From Eledone cirrhosa (Eukaryota): a DNA stretch of 64,000 nucleotides. Shown here one piece after another: positions 54,421-64,000 of the stretch. A model generated the notes under the pieces. The model was not told where the DNA came from. It was given only the letters and a program-made list of their open reading frames with translations, and ran no database searches. Position 1 is the first letter of the stretch. Each line of letters opens with the position of its first letter. The DNA lies in assembly GCA_964016885.1 (NCBI GenBank), contig OZ024764.1:18352001-18416000 (forward strand). Reading direction: 5' to 3'. Both the position numbers and the translations under genes were made by a program.

Positions 54421-57400
54421 CTACAGGCTGATATAGAGAGAAGACCCATTCACTCTGGCCATTCTCCCTACTTTCACCCACCTTTCATAAAACTTGCTGG
54501 GATAGAGCACCTCTCTCTCCATTCTGATCCTTCTTTTAAAATGGTATTTGAAAAAGGGGACCAGTTGTTGGCCGGAGAGAAAGGTGTCTGACCTCAGCCC
54601 TTTCAGCCTCGTCCACCATACAACTTCTTTAGCCATGGCTACCACACAGAGAAAAACCGCCTCTCCTTCGTTTTTGAAAGGGGGGGGGCGGTTTGATCGT
54701 GACAATGGACTCGGTGGTCAACCGGATTGGTCCCACCCTCGACAGTAGTCGTTCCACATAGCCCCACAGGTCAGCAATGCCTGGGCAGTGTACGAATGCG
54801 TGCGCAACGGTTTCGTCATCATGCACGCATCTCGGACAGATCTTATTCAAAGGATCTCTACCCAGGCTCCCATGCCTGTGGAGCTTGTCTCGAACGGGTA
54901 GAGCCCCTCGGTAGCACTGCCAAGCCAGGGACTTTTGGAAGTTGTCCATCGGTCCAGGGCCAAACGTCCTACCGAACAGACTGGCCAGTTCATCTTCCTC
55001 CATGCCTAGAGCTTCTCCGAGAGCATCGTCGCACCTGCTGCGTACCAACCCTCTATAGAATGTCGAGGTGGAGTCTCCACTGATTGCCGGGTCCGCTTTC
55101 CAGAGGGCCGTGAGCGCCTGGGCACATTCAATGTGCCAGTCGCCCACTTTTCTCGGTCTTTGCTTGACCCAGGATTGCAGCTCGGTGAGCGAGACGAGTC
55201 TGGGAAAGGCTCGCCTCACAAACGGGGCCCACACCGGTTGACCGGTGAGGAATACCTGGAGGTGCCGTAGCCTTAATGCGTGTTTACGCATCTGTAGCCA
55301 CGGCATCCCCAGCCCTCCTTTCGAAGGGTGTTGACAGCAGATGGATCTCCTCACCAAAGGGGTCCGCTTGTTCCAAAGAAATTGGAACAGCGCGCACTCC
55401 ATTTTGGCGAGTCTTTTCACTGGGCAAGGCACGACGGTCAAGCGGTAGTAGATGACGGATGCTATATAAGTATTCGCCACCTCCGCTCGACCTTTCAGGG
55501 ATAGTTTGCACTGGGCCCACTTCTGGGTGAGTGCAAACACCCTGGCCGTTACCTCGTTCCAGTTTTTCTCCACCTGGAGGTCTGGTCCGAACCAGACCCC
55601 AAGCAGCTTCACCGGGCCCTCCGTCCAGCGTCCGACGACGTCGTTGGAGGGCATCGGTTTGCCTCTCCATGTTCCGAGTTGCAAACCGACGGACTTGTCC
55701 CGGTTCAGCTTGGCTCCTGTAAACCTTTCATATTCCTCCAGTAAGGTGCCGATCTCACCGATTTGCGAGGTTTTCGACACCATTACTGTCACGTCATCGG
55801 CGTAGGCCGACGCCGCTTTCTGCAATCCCGGTTCCAAAGGGATGCCCTGCAACCGCTCCAACTTCCGCAGTAGTGGCTCAAGAGCCAGCACATACAGTAG
55901 GGAGGAGAGAGGGCATCCCTGTCGGATGGATCGCATGATTTGGAACGGCTCCGAGAGGTGGCCGTTCACCTTGACCCTTGAGCAGACGTTGCTGCTGTGC
56001 ATCGCAGCAATCCAACCCCTGAAAACGGGTCCGAAGCCTGCCGCCGCGAGCACCGCATCCAGGTAACGATGGTCAACCCTATCGAAAGCTTTAGATTGAT
56101 CCAAGTTGATCAGGGCCCCACCAAAGCCGGGTTCATTCCCTACCCTCTCTATGATGTATCGCATAAGGTGGAGATTGTCGTGAATGGACCTGGACGGGAT
56201 TGCGCATGTCTGCGCTTCTCCCACCAGGTTTCCAACGACAAGCGCCAACCTCTTCGCTAACACCTTGGCCAAAATCTTTAACTCTGTATTTAGCAGAGTT
56301 ATGGGCCTGAAGTTACTTATGTCATCCCCCTTGTTCTCATCCTTCCTCACCAGCGTAACTACGCCCTTGGTCACAGAACTGGGAATTCTCCCGTTCTGCT
56401 GCCAGTTGCAGTAGACCGCTTCGAGGATATCGGAGAACAAGTCCGGCATCGCTACATATAGCTCGTATGGTAGACCATCGAGACCCGGGGATTTGCGTTT
56501 GCCGCATTGGCTCAGCGCCGCCCCTATCTCAGCAGCTGAAATCGTCCTTTCGCAGGACTTCGCCTCCGCGTCCGAGAGGCGCGGCAGACCGTCGAGGTAT
56601 GGATTGAAATCCATAGTCTCACCCGGCGCGCCGCCCCTCTCGAACAGTCGTGCAAAGTGCCGCTGAAAGGCCGCACACATCTGCCCAGGTTCAAGGATCA
56701 CACGCCCATCCTGGTCCTTCAAAGACCGAATTGTGGACTTGTTCCCACTTTTTGCCTCTGTCACTCGGGCCCAGCTTACAGCTTTGGCTCCCTCATTACC
56801 CAGAGCACGTATTTTACTCCTGACAACGCAGCCTTCATGCTTCACCTCAAAGAACTGGTCTAAGGCCATTCTTGATGCCAGCACGCCGGCTACATTGCCA
56901 CTCCTAATCGCCTCTTCTACTCTATCTACTAATTCCCTTTCCGTCTTGTTCCTATCCCTTGCTAATTCCTGACTAAAACCTATCGATTCTATTCTAATTG
57001 CTCTCTTAAGAGAGCTCCACCACCTGTTGTTGACAATTGCCCCTGTCAAACTCTGCTTGACTAACGTGCTAATCCGTTTACTGTAAGCTTTGCTTCTCGG
57101 TAAGGACAAGTTCAGCTTCCAGTAACCGGGTCCCTGTCTATGGGTTCTATCAAGGTTGGCTATGCAGGTCACTAACTTGTGATCCGAATAGTCAACCATG
57201 AACATTTTTGGACAGCTAAATGTGTCCCTATCGTTCTCTCTAACTAGGACCCTATCTAGGTACGACCTAGATGTTCCACTGCGATTGGTCCACGTCCATA
57301 GTGGTACAGTCGGAAAATCTAGTCGATATCTATCAAATCGGCCGATTAACCTTTTGAGGCTTTTACACCCCCCTCTATTGGCACATGCCCCTACATAGTC

Positions 57401-57850
57401 CCAACGTGCATCCAGGATACCATTCCAGTCCCCCACTAAAAGCAAGGAGCGGGACGTTCCCAGAAAAGTTTCCAGACGTTGGAAGTATTCCGGCCGCGCT
57501 GCCCAAAAAGGGGCGTACACAGCTATTAGTCTAAGGGCTCCACTTTCACTACTGCCGACGTCTAAAACCACCAGTCGACCCTCCGGGTCCAGGTGCACCT
57601 TCTGTATGGCGAGGCCCAGGTGTTTTCGCAGCAGAACGACAACTCCACCCCCACCCCCCGGTTGACAGAGAGATGCGAAGATCTCAAAGTCGTCGAAGAG
57701 GGGCGCCAGTTGGTGCTCGCTGCTGATCCTGGACTCGCAAATAGCCATTACATCCATTCTATGCGACCTGAGATCGTTTAAAAGTTTGCCTTGTTTCCAA
57801 GACAGTCCCAGGCCACGTACATTCAGACACCCAACTCTTATATCAGCCAT
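54421..57850 (-). pseudogene. ORF2p copy 2, frameshifted near the C-terminus
   Basis: G9 at 54680-54688 versus GGGGGAGG in copies 1 and 3 shifts the last ~85 codons; could be a homopolymer error. Confidence 0.8.
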
Positions 57851-57871
57851 GTTGGTTAAAAGAGGAAGGAC

Positions 57872-59616
57872 CTACCTGTTCGGCTCCTGAGGAGCAGGTT
57901 GCACAATATCCATGGGCGTATTGGAGGGGTTGTTTGGTGGGGTGTTGTTCTGTGGTGGAGTGGGGGTGTTTGGTGAGGTGTGGGTGGGGAAACGTTTCAA
58001 GAGGACGCGGTTATAGGGTCGAGTACATGTTTTCCCCACGTCCTCAGGAAAGTTCTCTCTTAGTTTTGCATAGGTGTCCATTGGGAGTCTTATCATTTTT
58101 AAATGCGGTTTGTTGGCCGCGCTTGCAAAGAATTGTCCTTCAGTTTCCACCAAAGGGTCTTTGTGTATTGTTTTTACTAGTTCTTTGTTATTTGTGTTAA
58201 TGTATGTATACTGTTTTATTTGTGTTGTGTTTGTTTGTTGTTCTTGTGTGTGCTTACGTTTTGTTGTATGTGTTATGTTTTGGGGTGGGGCGGATTTTGT
58301 TTGTTCTGTTTGTTTTGTTTTTGTTGGTGGTTGTGTGTTTGTTTCGTTTATGTTCGAGTGGTGCTTTCTTTTTTTTCCTTTTTACAGGTTGGAAGGGTAC
58401 CCCCTCTTCGCCACTAGGTGCCGTTTCCGCTGGGTCCTCGTCCGTGCTGTCGGGTAGTGGTGTATTTTGGGGTTTTGTTGTATTTGTGTGTGTTTTGGGA
58501 GTTGTTTTGGGTGGGGCCGTGTCTTGTGTTATTTTTCCCTGTTGTTTTTGTTGTTGTTGTGGTGGTGGTGGTGGAGGTGGTGGTGGTGGTGGTGGTGGCG
58601 GTGGTGGTGTGTGGGGTGTAGGCAAAAGAGCCTTTTTTTTTTGTCAATTGAGGACAAGCAGCCCTTAGATGACCCCTGCTTGAACAGTAGTAACATATGG
58701 GCCTCCTACCCTCGGCTGAAATATATATAAATGTTTCTCCATCGAGGGACACCCTCTGTGGTATTCTAGCTATTCGTTCTGGTCTCATTTGGACCAGAAC
58801 CTCCACGCTCAAACCGCCGAAAACGTCTGTGGTGACTTCTCCTACTGAGAGGATTCCGTCCTCGTCTTCTAAAAATCCTGTTAGTACCCAGGAAATGCAT
58901 GCATTTGGCCGGATTCCGGAGACCCTTATCTTCTGCGTTCTTTTCCCTAAATATGTGGGGAAAAATGTATATATCTTGGAAACAATTGGTGCCACAGAGT
59001 ATTTCCTGGCCGTCAATTGATCCTTCATTAGGACCGTTATATTCCCATAGAGTGGCCCTTTTTGTATGAACGATATATCACTCCACACATTTTTTAGGAC
59101 CAGCTCAATCTCTTTTTGGGATAATTGAGTTGGTTTCCTTGTTATGTTGGAAATTGTTCTGAAAGATATCGTTCTTAGCGTCGTGTCTCTTTTGATTTCT
59201 TGTGGGGAGGTGATTGTGAAGTCTCCTCCTTCTTTGAAAGTTACATACTGTTTCGCTTCCTTCATCTTTTCTCTCAGAGTTGTAATGTCCAGTTGCTTGC
59301 AGGTTTGTGTTTTCCGGACCGCCTGTGCAAAGGAGGCACCAGTAGTGGGTTCGCTTTGTTTGGTGTTATCGTTATTTTTTCCTTGGTTGGTGTTGTGACT
59401 ATTGCTGTTATTGTCGTTGTTGTTTTTGTCTGCGTTTATGTGACTTTCTGGGTTTTCACCCATTTTTACAAATTTTTCTTTTAATTCCGTGTTCCATGTT
59501 TCTTTTGCAGAAGTCAGGAGGGAAGACTTAGAGCCTTGTGCTTCTAGCTTCTCTGTATCACCTTTCTTAGGGGGCGTGGCTTTCACGTTAGGATGAGATG
59601 TGAAAATTCCGTCCAT
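57872..59616 (-). pseudogene. ORF1p copy 2, two frameshifts
   Basis: N-terminal part translates identically to copy 1; same A10 run (58633-58642) plus one extra base in the T run at ~58370. Confidence 0.7.
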
Positions 59617-59825
59617 TTCTATTAGTTTGCCGTAATAAGTTTTTAACTGGAAAATTCGCCCCAAAGAGGGGCGAAAATAAATAAACTCAAAGTTTGACGA
59701 CCAAGGCAAGGGGTTAACGTATATTACAGTATAAAAAATTAATCAAAACTCACTTTTGAGTAAGTAAATCCGACTCGGTAGCCGAGCTTGTTCACACACG
59801 TCAACACACGTCTCTCGTATACGAG

Positions 59826-60876
59826 ATGTTATGTGAGATATTATGTGAAGTAAAGCCTTTACTGTGACAATACAATAGTATATATAGAGTAATGTAAATT
59901 TTATGTGAGGTAAAGCCTTTACTGTGATAATACAATAGTATATATAGAGTAATGTAAATATTATGTGAGGTAAAGCCATTCTGTGACAATACAATAGTAT
60001 ATATAGAGTAATGTAAATGTGAGGTAAAGCCTTTACTGTGACAATACAATAGTATATATAGAGTAATGTAAATGTTATGTGAGGTAAAGCCTTTACTGTG
60101 ACAATACAATAGTATATATTGAGTAATGTAAATGTTATGTGAGATATTATGTGAGGTAAAGCCTTTACTGTGACAATACAATAGTATATGTAGAGTAATG
60201 TAAATGTTATGTGAGATATTATGTGAGGTAAAGCCATTACTGTGACAATACAATAGTATATATAGAGTAATGTAAATGTTATGTGAGGTAAAGCCTTTAC
60301 TGTGAAAATACAATAGTATATATAGAGTAATGTAAATGTTATGTGAGGTATTATGTGAGGTAAAGCCATTACTGTGACAATACAATAGTATATATAGAGT
60401 AATGTAAATGTGAGATATTATGTGAGGTAAAGCCTTTACTGTGACAATACAATAGTATATATAGAGTAATGTAAATGTTATGTGAGATATGTGAGGTAAA
60501 GCCATTACTGTGACAATACAATAGTATATATAGAGTAATGTAAATGTGAGGTAAAGCCTTTACTGTGAAAATACAATAGTATATATAGAGTAATGTAAAT
60601 GTTATGTAAGGTATTATGTGAGGTAAAGACTTTACTGTGACAATACAATAGTATATATAGAGTAATGTAAATGTTATGTGAGATATGTGAGGTAAAGCCT
60701 TCACTGTGAAAATACAATAGTATATATAGAGTAATGTAAATGTTATGTGAAATATTATGTGAGGTAAAGCCTTTACTGTGACAATACAATAGTATATATA
60801 GAGTAATGTAAATGTTATGTGAGGTATTATGTGAGGTAAAGCCATTACTGTGACAATACAATAGTATATATAGAGT
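59826..60876. repeat. 1,051-bp minisatellite spacer 2
   Basis: Same length as spacer 1 and identical track-ORF translations at a 6,693-bp offset. Confidence 0.95.
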
Positions 60877-63800
60877 GGTTTCTTTATTTGCCACTAGGGC
60901 ACAAAAGGTAGGGACAGATACAAGGGGGGAAGTTTACATATAATTAACGAGTACAAAAATATAACAATGAAATAACAACAACAAACGAAGTCCTCAATAG
61001 GGAGGGGGCATTAACATGGGTCGCACACACCCCGGAAAAAATGTGTAACCCTTCTCCTCAGGAGCACAAAGAGTAGGTGCTTCCCTCGTCTCCTCTTTTT
61101 CCTCTTCTTTCACCTACAGGCTGATATAGAGAGAAGACCCATTCACTCTGGCCATTCTCCCTACTTTCACCCACCTTTCATAAAACTTGCTGGGGTAGAG
61201 CACCTCTCTCTCCATTCTGATCCTTCTTTTAAAGTGGTATTTGAAAAAGGGGACCAGTTGTTGGCCGGAGAGAAAGGTGTCTGACCTCAGCCCTTTCAGC
61301 CTCGTCCACCATACAACTTCTTTAGCCATGGCTACCACACAGAGAAAAACCGCCTCTCCTTCGTTTTTGAAAGGGGGAGGCGGTTTGATCGTGACAATGG
61401 ACTCGGTGGTCAACCGGATTGGTCCCACCCTCGACAGTAGTCGTTCCACATAGCCCCACAGGTCAGCAATGCCTGGGCAGTGTACGAATGCGTGCGCAAC
61501 GGTTTCGTCATCATGCACGCATCTCGGACAGATCTTATTCAAAGGATCTCTACCCAGGCTCCCATGCCTGTGGAGCTTGTCTCGAACGGGTAGAGCCCCT
61601 CGGTAGCACTGCCAAGCCAGGGACTTTTGGAAGTTGTCCATCGGTCCAGGGCCAAACGTCCTACCGAACAGACTGGCCAGTTCATCTTCCTCCATGCCTA
61701 GAGCTTCTCCGAGAGCATCGTCGCACCTGCTGCGTACCAACCCTCTATAGAATGTCGAGGTGGAGTCTCCACTGATTGCCGGGTCCGCTTTCCAGAGGGC
61801 CGTGAGCGCCTGGGCACATTCAATGTGCCAGTCGCCCACTTTTCTCGGTCTTTGCTTGACCCAGGATTGCAGCTCGGTGAGCGAGACGAGTCTGGGAAAG
61901 GCTCGCCTCACAAACGGGGCCCACACCGGTTGACCGGTGAGGAATACCTGGAGGTGCCGTAGCCTTAATGCGTGTTTACGCATCTGTAGCCACGGCATCC
62001 CCAGCCCTCCTTTCGAAGGGTGTTGACAGCAGATGGATCTCCTCACCAAAGGGGTCCGCTTGTTCCAAAGAAATTGGAACAGCGCGCACTCCATTTTGGC
62101 GAGTCTTTTCACTGGGCAAGGCACGACGGTCAAGCGGTAGTAGATGACGGATGCTATATAAGTATTCGCCACCTCCGCTCGACCTTTCAGGGATAGTTTG
62201 CACTGGGCCCACTTCTGGGTGAGTGCAAACACCCTCGCCGTTACCTCGTTCCAGTTTTTCTCCACCTGGAGGTCTGGTCCGAACCAGACCCCAAGCAGCT
62301 TCACCGGGCCCTCCGTCCAGCGTCCGACGACGTCGTTGGAGGGCATCGGTTTGCCTCTCCATGTTCCGAGTTGCAAACCGACGGACTTGTCCCGGTTCAG
62401 CTTGGCTCCTGTAAACCTTTCATATTCCTCCAGTAAGGTGCCGATCTCACCGATTTGCGAGGTTTTCGACACCATTACTGTCACGTCATCGGCGTAGGCC
62501 GACGCCGCTTTCTGCAATCCCGGTTCCAAAGGGATGCCCTGCAACCGCTCCAACTTCCGCAGTAGTGGCTCAAGAGCCAGCACATACAGTAGGGAGGAGA
62601 GAGGGCATCCCTGTCGAATGGATCGCATGATTTGGAACGGCTCCGAGAGGTGGCCGTTCACCTTGACCCTTGAGCAGACGTTGCTGCTGTGCATCGCAGC
62701 AATCCAACCCCTGAAAACGGGTCCGAAGCCTGCCGCCGCGAGCACCGCATCCAGGTAACGATGGTCAACCCTATCGAAAGCTTTAGATTGATCCAAGTTG
62801 ATCAGGGCCCCACCAAAGCCGGGTTCATTCCCTACCCTCTCTATGATGTATCGCATAAGGTGGAGATTGTCGTGAATGGACCTGGACGGGATTGCGCATG
62901 TCTGCGCTTCTCCCACCAGGTTTCCAACGACAAGCGCCAACCTCTTCGCTAACACCTTGGCCAAAATCTTTAACTCTGTATTTAGCAGAGTTATGGGCCT
63001 GAAGTTACTTATGTCATCCCCCTTGTTCTCATCCTTCCTCACCAGCGTAACTACGCCCTTGGTCACAGAACTGGGAATTCTCCCGTTCTGCTGCCAGTTG
63101 CAGTAGACCGCTTCGAGGATATCGGAGAACAAGTCCGGCATTGCTACATATAGCTCGTATGGTAGACCATCGAGACCCGGGGATTTGCGTTTGCCGCATT
63201 GGCTCAGCGCCGCCCCTATCTCAGCAGCTGAAATCGTCCTTTCGCAGGACTTCGCCTCCGCGTCCGAGAGGCGCGGCAGACCGTCGAGGTATGGATTGAA
63301 ATCCATAGTCTCACCCGGCGCGCCGCCCCTCTCGAACAGTCGTGCAAAGTGCCGCTGAAAGGCCGCACACATCTGCCCAGGTTCAAGGATCACACGCCCA
63401 TCCTGGTTCTTCAAAGACCGAATCGTGGACTTGTTCCCACTTTTTGCCTCTGTCACTCGGGCCCAGCTTACAGCTTTGGCTCCCTCATTACCCAGAGCAC
63501 GTATTTTACTTCTGACAACGCAGCCTTCATGCTTCACCTCAAAGAACTGGTCTAAGGCCATTCTTGATGCCAGCACGCCGGCTACATTGCCACTCCTAAT
63601 CGCCTCTTCTACTCTATCTACTAATTCCCTTTCCGTCTTGTTCCTATCCCTTGCTAATTCCTGACTAAAACCTATCGATTCTATTCTAATTGCTCTCTTA
63701 AGAGAGCTCCACCACCTGTTGTTGACAATTGCCCCTGTCAAACTCTGCTTAACTAACGTGCTAATCCGTTTACTGTAAGCTTTGCTTCTCGGTAAGGACA

Positions 63801-64000
63801 AGTTCAGCTTCCAGTAACCGGGTCCCTGTCTATGGGTTCTATCAAGGTTGGCTATGCAGGTCACTAACTTGTGATCCGAATAGTCAACCATGAACATTTT
63901 TGGACAGCTAAATGTGTCCCTATCGTTCTCTCTAACTAGGACCCTATCTAGGTACGACCTAGATGTTCCACTGCGATTGGTCCACGTCCATAGTGGTACA
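60877..64000 (-). mobile_element. Tx1-clade retrotransposon, copy 3 (3' part; continues beyond window)
   Basis: Same 3' junction (TATATAGAGT|GGTTTCTTTATTTGCC) and 3'UTR as copies 1 and 2. Confidence 0.92.
61114..64000 (-). CDS. ORF2p copy 3, open to the window edge
   Basis: Uninterrupted frame of at least 927 aa with SDHK, RT motifs and C-terminal finger. Confidence 0.9.
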   Translation of the reverse strand, partial: VPLWTWTNRSGTSRSYLDRVLVRENDRDTFSCPKMFMVDYSDHKLVTCIANLDRTHRQGPGYWKLNLSLPRSKAYSKRISTLVKQSLTGAIVNNRWWSSLKRAIRIESIGFSQELARDRNKTERELVDRVEEAIRSGNVAGVLASRMALDQFFEVKHEGCVVRSKIRALGNEGAKAVSWARVTEAKSGNKSTIRSLKNQDGRVILEPGQMCAAFQRHFARLFERGGAPGETMDFNPYLDGLPRLSDAEAKSCERTISAAEIGAALSQCGKRKSPGLDGLPYELYVAMPDLFSDILEAVYCNWQQNGRIPSSVTKGVVTLVRKDENKGDDISNFRPITLLNTELKILAKVLAKRLALVVGNLVGEAQTCAIPSRSIHDNLHLMRYIIERVGNEPGFGGALINLDQSKAFDRVDHRYLDAVLAAAGFGPVFRGWIAAMHSSNVCSRVKVNGHLSEPFQIMRSIRQGCPLSSLLYVLALEPLLRKLERLQGIPLEPGLQKAASAYADDVTVMVSKTSQIGEIGTLLEEYERFTGAKLNRDKSVGLQLGTWRGKPMPSNDVVGRWTEGPVKLLGVWFGPDLQVEKNWNEVTARVFALTQKWAQCKLSLKGRAEVANTYIASVIYYRLTVVPCPVKRLAKMECALFQFLWNKRTPLVRRSICCQHPSKGGLGMPWLQMRKHALRLRHLQVFLTGQPVWAPFVRRAFPRLVSLTELQSWVKQRPRKVGDWHIECAQALTALWKADPAISGDSTSTFYRGLVRSRCDDALGEALGMEEDELASLFGRTFGPGPMDNFQKSLAWQCYRGALPVRDKLHRHGSLGRDPLNKICPRCVHDDETVAHAFVHCPGIADLWGYVERLLSRVGPIRLTTESIVTIKPPPPFKNEGEAVFLCVVAMAKEVVWWTRLKGLRSDTFLSGQQLVPFFKYHFKRRIRMEREVLYPSKFYERWVKVGRMARVNGSSLYISL

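Larger units (their letters stand above)
54184..59825 (-). mobile_element. full-length Tx1-clade retrotransposon, copy 2 (5,642 bp)
   Basis: Collinear with copy 1. Differs by scattered SNPs, a 9-bp in-frame deletion (RFDLADRY to RFDRY) and +1 indels at ~54680 and ~58370. Confidence 0.92.

Noticed and set aside
47848-63664. Numerous short plus-strand and alternative-frame ORFs overlapping the Tx1 copies
   Set aside because: Shadow ORFs of GC-rich or low-complexity coding sequence; their recurrence only reflects near-identity of the copies.
47484-64000. Telomeric retrotransposon array (HeT-A/TART-like)
   Set aside because: No telomeric repeats or chromosome-end evidence in the window; copies are full-length, tail-less and separated by satellite.

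Overview
Repeat-dominated eukaryotic (animal) DNA. The long (TA)n tracts, tRNA-type SINEs and a multi-finger C2H2 gene suggest a coleoid cephalopod such as octopus, but this is inference. Layout: 1-4.1 kb has small tandem repeats, microsatellites and two SINE-like copies. 4.1-32.5 kb is one satellite domain that grades from a degenerate short-period repeat into a ~200-bp monomer, flips orientation at ~11,740 and becomes highly homogeneous with a 557-bp higher-order repeat. After a 200-N gap come a frameshifted CR1/L2-group LINE fragment, a 3-kb TA/CA microsatellite, a 35-bp VNTR and a 16-finger C2H2 gene with a 45-bp coding VNTR and one frameshift. From 42.3 kb a ~55-72-bp minisatellite hosts three head-to-tail, near-identical Tx1-clade (L1 group) retrotransposons, two complete and one cut by the window edge. 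All three join the same nucleotide of the minisatellite unit and are separated by matching 1,051-bp spacers. The most interesting candidate system is a minisatellite-targeting Tx1 element forming a 6.7-kb tandem array, whose target repeat partly resembles C2H2 zinc-finger coding sequence.
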